Shown here: positions 9,238 to 18,535 of the stretch, piece after piece | Layout of the letters: each line of letters begins with the position of its first letter | How positions within the stretch are numbered: the stretch's first letter is position 1 | IMG/VR virus record: IMGVR_UViG_3300029183_000430 | Coordinates: 1 to 36,249 of that record | DNA from: a virus | Taxonomy: Duplodnaviria > Caudoviricetes | Length of the DNA stretch: 36,249 nt | Direction: 5' to 3' (one strand) | The notes under the pieces: model-generated | Databases searched by the model: none | What the model saw: the letters and a program-made list of their open reading frames with translations, nothing else | Told to the model about the DNA's origin: nothing | Program-made: the position numbers and the translations under genes

Positions 9238-9388
9238 CAAGGTCGGGTAGCGTCTCTGACGTCCGACTTGCTGACAGGTAAAGCTGTCCGCCTAGCCCGC
9301 GCGATGGGTTAGAAAACGTCCGTACTACACAACACGGGTAGCGTTTTCGGAATTATGAACAAGCACAGCATGAGCTGTGTGTAATTTC
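9238..9388 (+). promoter_or_regulatory. Structured 5' leader of the major capsid gene with a duplicated bulged-helix motif
   Basis: Five consecutive hairpins. CGGGTAGCGT at 9244-9253 and 9335-9344 each pair with ACGTCCG (9259-9265, 9316-9322), leaving a TAG bulge. Confidence 0.6.
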
Positions 9389-9414
9389 GTTACGTTATTT
9401 GGAGGAAGTGTAGT

Positions 9415-10302
9415 ATGGCTAGTGATTCAGTAGATCGCGCACTAATTACTCAGTTTTCAGACATGATTCACGTAAAGGCGCAGCAGATTCGTGCGCGGTT
9501 GCGTCCTTATGTACAGATTAAGCCCATGACTGGCGATATCATGGCTTACGATGGCTTAGGTGATGTGGAGAGCCGTGAGGTGAGCGGACGGGTTGTTAAA
9601 ACCGTTTTCGCTGACATTGAGCATCTCCGTCGTAAGATTCCCCGCAAACGGTTTGAAGTCACTCTACCGATTGACGGACATGATGTCGACGGCATGCTGC
9701 TAGACCCATCCGGCCCTTACGCAGAAGCATGTATCCGTGCCATGGAGCGTCGCTTTGACCGTGTATGTATCGAGTCCATGTTTGCCGATGTAGAAACCGG
9801 CCGTGAGTTTGATACCACCACCACCTTTGCGAATGATGGTGGGCGGACTGTCGATGCAACAGCAGGCTTAACCTATGAGAAGCTGTTAGAAACCGAGCAG
9901 AACTTCACCGATGATGAAGTAGGAACCGACCTGCCTGAAACCTTTGTTCTTGGCATTACTGGTAAAGAACACACCGCATTGATGCAGGAAAGTGAACTTA
10001 CCAGTGGTGACTTTACTCGCCAGTTTGCCATTGAGAAAGGGCAGATGGTAAGAGCCGGAGCTTTTGAGCTTATTCGTTACGGTGGTCAGGTAAATAACCC
10101 AATGCTATCCGTGAGTGGCGGCACAAGAGATTGTTTTGCCATGTCAACGCGCGGTATTTGCGTAGGGATATCGAAGCAGTTCAAAATATCGATTATGCCT
10201 AACCCGAACTATGTGGACTTAAAGCAGGTACAGATTGTCTTTACGTTGGGCGCAGTCCGGACAGAAGGCAAGCTCGTTCAGAAAGTCCAAACGACTGAAT
10301 AA
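9415..10302 (+). CDS. Major capsid protein (BPP-1 Bbp17-like)
   Basis: ITQFSDMIHVKAQQ-x-x-ARLR N-terminus, AMERRFD, C-terminal GAVRTEGKLVQ; GGAGG RBS; synteny. Confidence 0.88.
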   Translation: MASDSVDRALITQFSDMIHVKAQQIRARLRPYVQIKPMTGDIMAYDGLGDVESREVSGRVVKTVFADIEHLRRKIPRKRFEVTLPIDGHDVDGMLLDPSGPYAEACIRAMERRFDRVCIESMFADVETGREFDTTTTFANDGGRTVDATAGLTYEKLLETEQNFTDDEVGTDLPETFVLGITGKEHTALMQESELTSGDFTRQFAIEKGQMVRAGAFELIRYGGQVNNPMLSVSGGTRDCFAMSTRGICVGISKQFKISIMPNPNYVDLKQVQIVFTLGAVRTEGKLVQKVQTTE

Positions 10303-10320
10303 TAGGGAGGTGTATAGAAT

Positions 10321-10824
10321 ATGGCTGTTGAAAACAAATACGTAAATAGTGACCTTGCTGCAGGTAAGGTAGGTAAGGCAGCTTACGTAAGCGGAGCAGA
10401 AGCTTACATCGCTGTAGCACATGCCACTGTGGCTGCTGCTGACGATAACGGCTCAATCTACCGCTTATTTAAAGCCTTGGCTCCTGACTTGATTCCCGTC
10501 AAAATCGAAATCTTAAATGATGCGATTACTGGCGGAACCGACTACGATCTAGGCTTTTACGAGCCTCTTGAAGGTGGTAGCGGCCCCGTTATAGACAAAG
10601 ACGCACTGGTAGACGGTGCTGACTTGTCCTCGGGGAATGGTCAGGGCTCTGAGCTTACCGGTTTGAGTGCTGTAGGGGTTGAAGAATCACAGCAGCGCTT
10701 GTGGGAGCTTGCAGGTCACACCGCAACCCAAAAACAAGATGCGTATGATATTGCCTTAACTGCCAACACGGTCGGCACCGCCGCAGGCGATATTGTCGTA
10801 AAAGCGTGGTTTGTACAAGGATAA
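10321..10824 (+). CDS. Putative capsid decoration/cement protein
   Basis: Beta-rich Ala/Gly/Asp protein directly after the capsid gene; strong GGGAGGT RBS; followed by a terminator. Confidence 0.65.
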   Translation: MAVENKYVNSDLAAGKVGKAAYVSGAEAYIAVAHATVAAADDNGSIYRLFKALAPDLIPVKIEILNDAITGGTDYDLGFYEPLEGGSGPVIDKDALVDGADLSSGNGQGSELTGLSAVGVEESQQRLWELAGHTATQKQDAYDIALTANTVGTAAGDIVVKAWFVQG

Positions 10825-10854
10825 TACAGACCACCATATGTTAGTACCCGGTAT

Positions 10855-10889
10855 AAGGGCGGTCGATCGCTAAGGTCGCCGCCCTTTTT
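10855..10889 (+). terminator. Rho-independent terminator after the head genes
   Basis: AAGGGCGG-t-CGATC-loop-GGTCG-CCGCCC-TTTTT. Confidence 0.85.
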
Positions 10890-10908
10890 ATTAACTATAG
10901 GATAAATT

Positions 10909-11559
10909 ATGTCAGCACCTACGAGCGCCGTTGAAATATGTAACCTGGCCTTAGACCATATTAAAGTGGATGGAACAGACCAAGTTACCAATTTAGATGA
11001 CCCGTCTATTAACCTAGAAGAAGTATGTGCCCGGTGGTATGATGCCACACGCCGTAACCTTCTTCGTCGACACGGATGGAACTTTGCAATTAAACGCGCC
11101 ATTATTACCAAAGACGCTACAGCCCCTGCCTTCGAATTTAGCGATGCCTATAATTTACCCAATGATTACATACGCTTAGTAAGTTTAGGCGCGGCGGGCG
11201 AGTTTGACGACTATGTAGTTGAGAACAACCAGATTTTGATGGATAGGTCGGATCTATACGATTCTGGCGATGACCTAAAAATAAGATATATCTACGACCA
11301 TACATCCGTTGCTAAATTCGACCCCATGTTTGTTACCCTTCTGTCCTTATTTCTAGCCCGGGAGCTTGCTTATAAATTGTCGGGAAGTAATACGGTAGTT
11401 CAACGTTTAGATAATCGTATTGATACGGAAATTGTAGATGCCTTTGCCGCAGATGGCCAAGAAAGGCCCCCTAAGCGTATTGAGAAAAGCAAGTGGACGT
11501 CCAAACGGTTCTTTGGTGGCAGGGGTGTTGCAGGTAATGTCACGGTGGTTGATGATTAA
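10909..11559 (+). CDS. Tail tubular protein A / adaptor (T7 gp11-like)
   Basis: VEICNLALDHI, HGWNFAIKR, YNLPNDYIRL, FDPMFV motifs. Confidence 0.88.
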   Translation: MSAPTSAVEICNLALDHIKVDGTDQVTNLDDPSINLEEVCARWYDATRRNLLRRHGWNFAIKRAIITKDATAPAFEFSDAYNLPNDYIRLVSLGAAGEFDDYVVENNQILMDRSDLYDSGDDLKIRYIYDHTSVAKFDPMFVTLLSLFLARELAYKLSGSNTVVQRLDNRIDTEIVDAFAADGQERPPKRIEKSKWTSKRFFGGRGVAGNVTVVDD

Positions 11560-14120
11560 TGCCTCGCGCTAACATTACGATTAGCAACTTTGCAGGGGGC
11601 GAAGCGTCTCCCAAGATGCGCGGGCGATATGATCTGCCTATTTATCCCACCCTTAGTGAGCGTATGCTCAACTTTATCTCTCAAACCCAAGGTGGCGGGA
11701 CCTACCGCAATGGAACTCGCTTTGTCAATCATACCCGTCTTAATAAAACCGCCTTTTTCTATACCTTTCAGTTCAATGACGAACAGTCCTATATTATGGA
11801 ATTTACAGATAAAAAGCTGCGGTTCTTTACCAACGAAGGCTTTCTGCTTGAGACTGCTAAAAACATTACAGGTATCACCCAAGCCAACCCCGGGGTGGTT
11901 ACTTCGGCGTCACATGGCTATGAAAACGGCGACGAGGTGTACATCACGGGCGTATCAGGCATGACGGAAGTCAACGGCAAGACCTTTATTGTGACTAATA
12001 AAGCAACAAATACCTTTGAATTATACGATGTGGATGGGAATAAGGTAAACACATCAGGGTTTACAGCTTATTCATCAGGTGGCACGGTGGCTCGTATTTA
12101 CGAATTAGACACTAATTATTTAGAAGCCGAACTATTCCAGCTTAAGTTTGCCCAAAGAGCAAACGTGATGTACATTACTAGTTTGAAGCATGAGCCTAAA
12201 AAGCTAACACGAGTCAGTGCGACATCATTTACGCTATCTCGCTATGACCGCACAGCTGATCCCTTCACAGACCAAAAGACTATAACAGGAATTACGCAGG
12301 CAGACCCGGGCGTGGTAACAGCGACGGGCCATGGCATATCAGATGGCACCGAAGTTATTATTGATGATGTAACAGGCATGACCGAAGTCAACGGCGAACG
12401 GTATGTTGTAACCAATAGCACTGCCAATACCTTTGAACTCTATGACACGGATGGAAATACCGTGGATACATCAGGATTTACGGCCTACACGTCGGGTGGT
12501 TATGCTACAGAAACGGATGAGTTTCCCGCGGCTGTTACGTTTTATGAAGATAGATTAGCGTTTGGAGGAACGACTAACAGGCCGCAAGGACTTTTTAAAA
12601 GTAGAACAACAGACTCAAGTGGGAACACGCGGTATGATGATTTTACATTAGGCACTGACGACGACCATGCAATAATTACAACGCTAGCCTCGCGCGAGGT
12701 TAATTCGATTCGTTGGATGGTTGGAACAGATAAGCTTATGGCGATAGGAACGTTCGGAGCTGAGTTTAGGGCATCAGCCTCAACTGATAGCGAGGCCATT
12801 ACTCCTACCAATATTAATGTGCGGCCTGTTACGTATAACGGAGCTGCTGACCAAAACCCAGTCACCCATGATAATATTATTCTTTATGTGCAGCGCGGTA
12901 AGCAAATATTACGCAGTTTTGAATATGATGTTGTAGCCGATAGTTTCGTGTCTTTTGACCGTAATCTTATTGCTGACCACATAACCGAAGGTAATTTAAA
13001 GCAAATCACATTGCAGCAAGGACGCCCTGATGTGATGTGGGCCGTAAAAGAGGATGGTGAGCTATTGGGCCTCACTCTACAGCCCAAAGAAAATATATCG
13101 GGATGGCATCGACACAGTTTATCCGGAACGTCCGCAAAAGTACTTAGTGTGGCTGCGTTGCCGCGGAACAACAACTTTGACCAGCTGTGGCTCGTTGTCG
13201 AACGTACCATTGATGGTAACACCAGGCGCTATGTTGAGTTTATGGAAGATACGCCCGTGTATCCCGTATTAGAAGACTATTTTAGTGGGGCCTCAAATAG
13301 AGTAGCTGACCAGCAAAAATACTGGCGTGAACTATTCGAAAAGCAAAAGGAATACGTCCATTTAGACGCTTGCGCAACATACGATGGAAGAGACACAGGG
13401 ACCAATAACAGCGCGACAATAACTCCCGGAGCAACGACAGGCACAGACGTAACGTTTACAGCAAGTACATTCCCTATTTTCTCAGCATCAGATGTGGGCC
13501 GTGAAATATGGAAACAAACCATTGATGGAGAGGGCCAAGGTCGTGCTGAAATAACCGAGTTTGTAAGTACAGGCAGCGTAAAATGCGAAATTTATGAGGA
13601 CTTCGATAGCACCGATGCCATTGCAGCTGGTAGATGGTTTTTGACAACCGATAGCATTACCGGCCTTGACCATCTGGAAGGCGAAACAGTCGATATCGCC
13701 ACAGACGGCGGAGTTCATGCACAAAAGACGGTTGCTAGCGGAGCTATTACTTTAGATGACCAAGCTAGTGTCGTGCATGTTGGCCTTGGGTATCGCGGTT
13801 ACATTAAGACTATGCCCATTGAAGTAGGAGGTGTGCAAGGTCCTGCGCAGTCTCGTCTTAAAAATGTATTTCAACTTGGCGTCTTGTTTCTCCATACATT
13901 AGGTACACGCATAGGCACCGATTTGTATAATATGGAAGCAGTAACCGACCGCTCAGCCGAACATTTTACCGACAGACCACCCCCTTTATTTAGTGGAATG
14001 CGTATCGTGACGTATGAAGATGTGCCAGGTGTGCAAAAAAGTGTTATTATTGAGCAAAATAACCCCACGCCCTGCACGGTATTATTGATAGACCCGCAGG
14101 TAAGCACAGCGGTGGATTAA
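11559..14120 (+). CDS. Tail tubular protein B / nozzle (T7 gp12-like) with two inserted FCCH-like modules
   Basis: NFAGGEASP N-terminus, FYEDRLAFGG, GWHRH, GLDHLEGETV, VHVGLGY; two 76-aa internal repeats. Confidence 0.88.
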   Translation: MPRANITISNFAGGEASPKMRGRYDLPIYPTLSERMLNFISQTQGGGTYRNGTRFVNHTRLNKTAFFYTFQFNDEQSYIMEFTDKKLRFFTNEGFLLETAKNITGITQANPGVVTSASHGYENGDEVYITGVSGMTEVNGKTFIVTNKATNTFELYDVDGNKVNTSGFTAYSSGGTVARIYELDTNYLEAELFQLKFAQRANVMYITSLKHEPKKLTRVSATSFTLSRYDRTADPFTDQKTITGITQADPGVVTATGHGISDGTEVIIDDVTGMTEVNGERYVVTNSTANTFELYDTDGNTVDTSGFTAYTSGGYATETDEFPAAVTFYEDRLAFGGTTNRPQGLFKSRTTDSSGNTRYDDFTLGTDDDHAIITTLASREVNSIRWMVGTDKLMAIGTFGAEFRASASTDSEAITPTNINVRPVTYNGAADQNPVTHDNIILYVQRGKQILRSFEYDVVADSFVSFDRNLIADHITEGNLKQITLQQGRPDVMWAVKEDGELLGLTLQPKENISGWHRHSLSGTSAKVLSVAALPRNNNFDQLWLVVERTIDGNTRRYVEFMEDTPVYPVLEDYFSGASNRVADQQKYWRELFEKQKEYVHLDACATYDGRDTGTNNSATITPGATTGTDVTFTASTFPIFSASDVGREIWKQTIDGEGQGRAEITEFVSTGSVKCEIYEDFDSTDAIAAGRWFLTTDSITGLDHLEGETVDIATDGGVHAQKTVASGAITLDDQASVVHVGLGYRGYIKTMPIEVGGVQGPAQSRLKNVFQLGVLFLHTLGTRIGTDLYNMEAVTDRSAEHFTDRPPPLFSGMRIVTYEDVPGVQKSVIIEQNNPTPCTVLLIDPQVSTAVD
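11856..12500 (+). repeat. Two 228-bp (76-aa) repeats within tail tubular protein B: 11856-12083 and 12273-12500
   Basis: ITGITQAxPGVVT...HG...GMTEVNG...NTFELYDxDGNxVxTSGFTAYxSGG in both copies. Confidence 0.9.
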
Positions 14121-14626
14121 TGAATAAGGCTGCAATAATCGACATAGAAGAAACATATGACGATACAAGCCGTAAATTTGTACCGTTTCACGTGGAACAT
14201 TTAAACACCATGGCGTTACGGGAACAAGAACAGCAGGAGATGGAAAAGCTAGACCGTGTGAGAGACCGCTACGAAAAGCTAAGTCAAATGGGACCGGCGT
14301 CCAGCGTCATCCATCATGGGCGTGTTATCACCTGTGTAGGGGTGGTAGAGCATTGGCCTGGTAACTGCGAAGTATGGCAGGTGCCGTCTATTTACTTGGC
14401 ACAAAAGCCTTTTTACTACGCACGACTGATGCGACACTGGCTTGAGTCGGTCGCAAAGTCCTTTGAGTGCCGACGGATGCAGACGGTATGTGTTGATGAT
14501 GACTTGCATGCACGCTGGATGGCTTTCTTAAAGTTTGAGTCGGAAGGTGTTTTAAGGCAATATTCGGTATTAGGACAAGACTATAGACAATATGCGAGGT
14601 TATTTACATGGCAACAGGAGCCTTAA
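14120..14626 (+). CDS. GNAT-fold protein (T7 gp13 position)
   Basis: GVVEHWPGNCEVW and RWMAFLKFESEGVLRQY motifs; position after the nozzle gene. Confidence 0.7.
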   Translation: MNKAAIIDIEETYDDTSRKFVPFHVEHLNTMALREQEQQEMEKLDRVRDRYEKLSQMGPASSVIHHGRVITCVGVVEHWPGNCEVWQVPSIYLAQKPFYYARLMRHWLESVAKSFECRRMQTVCVDDDLHARWMAFLKFESEGVLRQYSVLGQDYRQYARLFTWQQEP

Positions 14627-15054
14627 TTGGCGGCTCCCTTTTAGGGGCCGGCGCTAATATAATCGGAGGTGCTGCCGCCGATGAAGCAGCTCGCCAGCAG
14701 TCCTCTATTATTCTTCAACAAGGAGCTTTAGCTCGAGAAGAGTCAGAAGAAGAAGCCCGTCGTCTCGAAATAGAAGCACGTAAGTTTAGAGCCAGACAAA
14801 ATGTCCTATTTGGTAAAAGCGGTGTAACCCTCGAAGGCTCTCCTTTGTTAGTGCTAGAAGAAACACGGCGTGAAGGAGCAAGGCAAGCAACAGCTGTGCG
14901 GAGACAAGGCGTAGCACGTGCTAATCTTGCTGTAGCAGAGTCCCAGCGTGTCCGCAATCAAGGCCGTGCCAGGCTTCTTACAGGCTTTTTAGGAGGTGGT
15001 GCCAGTCTATTTAACACATTAGGTCAGTTCTCGTCTTTTGGAGGTCCTCGTTAA
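14608..15054 (+). CDS. Internal virion/ejection protein (gp14-like)
   Basis: Gly/Ala hydrophobic ends, SGVTLEGSPL motif; synteny. Confidence 0.75.
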   Translation: MATGALIGGSLLGAGANIIGGAAADEAARQQSSIILQQGALAREESEEEARRLEIEARKFRARQNVLFGKSGVTLEGSPLLVLEETRREGARQATAVRRQGVARANLAVAESQRVRNQGRARLLTGFLGGGASLFNTLGQFSSFGGPR

Positions 15055-16799
15055 TGGCTCGCGTGCCTGAATTTCAGCGACGCCGTTTGGCTTCCAGTGT
15101 CGTGGGCGTGCCAGGTCAAGACACGTCAGGTCAAATTATTGCCCAAGGAGTAGGGCAGTTAGGGCAGTCCGTAGCACAGTTTGGTCAGCAAGAACTAGCC
15201 AAGGAACGGGAACGCACGTTACGCAAGCAACGCATCAATGATGCCACATGGACGAGCGCACAATCAGCTGAGTATGACTTTCGTTCGACCCAGGTTTTTA
15301 ATAATTTTCAAAACGAGTTCAAAGACGACCCGCTAGATAAGCAAGATATTTTACGAGACCGACTCACAGCACTTGGCCAACAGTTGGGAGACAATGCGCC
15401 TTCAGACGAAGCAAAAGCATCGTTTCAGCGTATGATAGATACCAGCGTAGGTAATATCTTATCTCAATCTGTGCGGTGGGAAGACCAACAGTTTGCATCG
15501 GTGGCAGCCATGCGGTCAGAACAAACAGCAGAAACCTTAAACACATCGGCCTTGCGAGCTGCCTCCGAAGCAAGCATTCCAGATTTATTTAACCAAGTGG
15601 AAACCTCTGTCATGTCGAATGCGGAATTGCTTAGTAGCGAAGCCATGGCACAGCAAGAACGAACCATGAAGCAAGGGGTTGTGAATAATACAATAGACGG
15701 CATGCTACAGCAAGGAAATATAGAGCAAGCTGAAGCATTATTAAACAGCAAAAAATATGACGATGTGCTAGGTTCCGATTCCATTAAATCTGCTCAAGGA
15801 CGAATCAATCGATTTAAAAGTCAGCAAGCGTCATTGCAGAAAAAGCTTAATAAGCTACGCAAAGATAAGCCGTGGGAGTTTGTCGTTGCGTCAGGTATTA
15901 ACGAAGGGCTAGCCCCTATCGATTTTCAAGGTGACTTGTCTGATACCATTACACAGCGCCAGTTATTTATCGACCGTGTAAAAACAGACCATAATCTAGG
16001 CCTACCACTGCTTATGCCCCAAGAAGTGGATATGTTACAGAACTTCTTTGAAAGCTCATCTGAGCCAGAAGTCGCCGGGTTTTTGTCTCGATTTAAGACA
16101 TCCTTGACGAACGACCAAGCGTTAACAGTCTCTCAGCAGTTATTTGAAAAAAACAAAGCATCAGGTGCTGCGCTAGGTGTAGCCGATGACGATGCTAAGA
16201 CAGCCCAAAATGTGCTGCGTGGGGTTAATTTGATTGCAAATAAGGCACTTGTAACGCCATCAGACAGGGAAATGCAGGAGGAGTTTTTTTCTAAGCTTGA
16301 TAGAGCGGTAAGGTCTCCTGAAGTGCGGGGTGTCATGTTCGAGGGAGTTAAAGCCTTATACGCACAAAAAGCATTTTCTGAAGGTATCACAACAGGCGTG
16401 TTGGATACTGACCTGCTTGAGGAATCCATGAATGAGCTTGTAGGGCCTGTAGTATATGAAGACCGCAACTTGTTTCGTGCAGACCGCTTAGGCACACTGT
16501 CGTTTAGAGACCCCGATACGGGCCAGTTTTTAGAAAGCGACGAGTTTGATGATGTGATGGATGATTTGACCTTTGAACAGGTACAAAAAACCCACGGCGA
16601 TGTGCCGCGTAACGTGAATGGGGAATCTATACCCTTAGAAGACATCCAGAAGCTAGGCGAACTTGTCGTCGTGGGAGACGGATTATATCACATCATTTTT
16701 AATTTGGACAATAGCCGACAGTTCGCTGTCGATAGCAAAGGCAATCCCTTTGTGCTTGATTTACGACAAATCTATCAGGCACAGAAGAGAGGAAGTTAG
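15054..16799 (+). CDS. Putative internal virion/ejection protein
   Basis: MARVP start, long helical Q/E-rich protein; translationally coupled in the ejection block. Confidence 0.65.
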   Translation: MARVPEFQRRRLASSVVGVPGQDTSGQIIAQGVGQLGQSVAQFGQQELAKERERTLRKQRINDATWTSAQSAEYDFRSTQVFNNFQNEFKDDPLDKQDILRDRLTALGQQLGDNAPSDEAKASFQRMIDTSVGNILSQSVRWEDQQFASVAAMRSEQTAETLNTSALRAASEASIPDLFNQVETSVMSNAELLSSEAMAQQERTMKQGVVNNTIDGMLQQGNIEQAEALLNSKKYDDVLGSDSIKSAQGRINRFKSQQASLQKKLNKLRKDKPWEFVVASGINEGLAPIDFQGDLSDTITQRQLFIDRVKTDHNLGLPLLMPQEVDMLQNFFESSSEPEVAGFLSRFKTSLTNDQALTVSQQLFEKNKASGAALGVADDDAKTAQNVLRGVNLIANKALVTPSDREMQEEFFSKLDRAVRSPEVRGVMFEGVKALYAQKAFSEGITTGVLDTDLLEESMNELVGPVVYEDRNLFRADRLGTLSFRDPDTGQFLESDEFDDVMDDLTFEQVQKTHGDVPRNVNGESIPLEDIQKLGELVVVGDGLYHIIFNLDNSRQFAVDSKGNPFVLDLRQIYQAQKRGS

Positions 16800-18532
16800 T
16801 GGCACTTGTTGATCTAATTCAACAAAAGAAGACCATCCCAGGCGATGCCCCGCTTCAGGACATGCCTACTGGTTTTTTTGAAGTTGTAGCTTCTAGCTTT
16901 GAATCCAGCCGCGATAACCACATCACCGACTCCCGTGAACGTCTGATGTTTAAACAACAGCAAGAGCGGCAGAACCTATATAAGGATATTACAGGCAGTG
17001 AGCTTACACCGCAGATGGCGTCTAATTATAAGCCATTTGTCGAGCCTCGGGGCGTTGGTATCTTATCGGGGGGTTTAGACCCCACCAATATCGAGCTTCT
17101 ACGACAACGCCACAATGACCGGTTTATCGAGCAAGCCGTTAATGAGCTTAAGCGCCACGAACCAGAACGCTTTAAGGAGCTGAAAACACACGAAGAAATG
17201 ATGCAGGCAGCCAAGCAGAAGGCGATTAGCTCGGGCCGTAAGTTTGACAGCATAGCAAATCGTTCAGGCAGCCTATCACGCGTTGTCGGAAGTTTAGTTG
17301 GTGGAATCGGTGCGCAGTTTACTGACTTTATTAACGTCGCAACCCTACCTTTCGGCGCAAGTGCTGGGCGCAGCATTCTTAAAGCGGCCCTCATTGAAGC
17401 AGGCATTAACGCCGGAGTGGAATCGGTAACACAGCCTAACATAGCGAAATGGCAGAAAGAAATAGGGAATCAATACGGGTTTAAAGATGCCATGATGAAC
17501 ATCGGGCTAGCGGCTGTGATGGGAGGTGGTTTTACAACGGTTGCTAGAGGCATCAAGCCAACTGCATCATTCATGTTTAGGCATGCCGCGGACTCAAAGC
17601 TACTGCCTGGTCCGGCTCGTCGTGCAGCAGCGTATATGTCACGTGCTGCTCACATTGAGGAAGCAACTCCGTTTATTGCTAACCCTAAAGCAGACTCAGG
17701 ACGACACATCAAATCAGTAACACGAACAGTCGAAGCATTTAACGAACGACGTGCTGTGCGCACAGATGAGCTGCCTATTAGTGAAAAAGAGTTTCAGGCC
17801 ATTGATACAACACCGAAGCGTGGTTTAAGTGATATACAGAAAACCCAGCTAGAAGAAATAAAACGCTTTCAAACCAAGCTGGACGAAATAGAAAAAACAG
17901 AAGGCCAGCAAGCCCTTAGACTGTTTGCTGAGCAGAAGACGCCGAAGAAGACAGTAGGCGATTTACCTCAACAGTTGCTCAAAAAGGCCGATGATTTAGA
18001 AAAGGGCGAGAAGCTGCTCGCTAAATCACTGGCTCAAGAAGAGCTTGAGATGCTTAAAGAAGCAGGGATAGAGCCCGATAAGAACGGTGTTATACCTAAG
18101 AAAAGGTTACAGACAGAGTTTAAGCAGCGGGCGGAACGCGGTGATATCGATACAACGCTTGAAAAGACGAATACGGACCATATTGAAGAGCATCGCTTAC
18201 TGCAAAAACAGGATGAATCAACCCCCGTAGCAACTCAGAATAGAGCGAGAGAAGCGACCGATGAATCGTTAGAGCCAGTAGCTGCCGAACGTAATTTACA
18301 GCTTGTAAACGAAAAGGTGCAGCGTATTGCAGAACAAGAAGAGGTGCTGCGTCGTGCGGCTTCTTCGGAGTCGTTTGAAGCAGAGTTTGAGCGCTTACGG
18401 TCATTAGCTGATACGGATCCGAATCTTAAAGTAACATTGGAAGACGGGCAGACCACACTTAAAAACATTTTAGATGAAATTGAAGCCGATGAAGTGCTGC
18501 AAAGGGAGATGCGCCAGTGTGCGCTAGGATAG
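16799..18532 (+). CDS. Putative internal virion/ejection protein
   Basis: Gly/Ala hydrophobic segments followed by coiled coil; synteny. Confidence 0.65.
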   Translation: MALVDLIQQKKTIPGDAPLQDMPTGFFEVVASSFESSRDNHITDSRERLMFKQQQERQNLYKDITGSELTPQMASNYKPFVEPRGVGILSGGLDPTNIELLRQRHNDRFIEQAVNELKRHEPERFKELKTHEEMMQAAKQKAISSGRKFDSIANRSGSLSRVVGSLVGGIGAQFTDFINVATLPFGASAGRSILKAALIEAGINAGVESVTQPNIAKWQKEIGNQYGFKDAMMNIGLAAVMGGGFTTVARGIKPTASFMFRHAADSKLLPGPARRAAAYMSRAAHIEEATPFIANPKADSGRHIKSVTRTVEAFNERRAVRTDELPISEKEFQAIDTTPKRGLSDIQKTQLEEIKRFQTKLDEIEKTEGQQALRLFAEQKTPKKTVGDLPQQLLKKADDLEKGEKLLAKSLAQEELEMLKEAGIEPDKNGVIPKKRLQTEFKQRAERGDIDTTLEKTNTDHIEEHRLLQKQDESTPVATQNRAREATDESLEPVAAERNLQLVNEKVQRIAEQEEVLRRAASSESFEAEFERLRSLADTDPNLKVTLEDGQTTLKNILDEIEADEVLQREMRQCALG

Positions 18533-18535
18533 TTT

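Noticed and set aside
16133-16645. 170-aa minus-strand ORF, and the other antisense or nested ORFs in the track
   Set aside because: Shadow frames of well-supported + strand genes, with no motifs or RBS.
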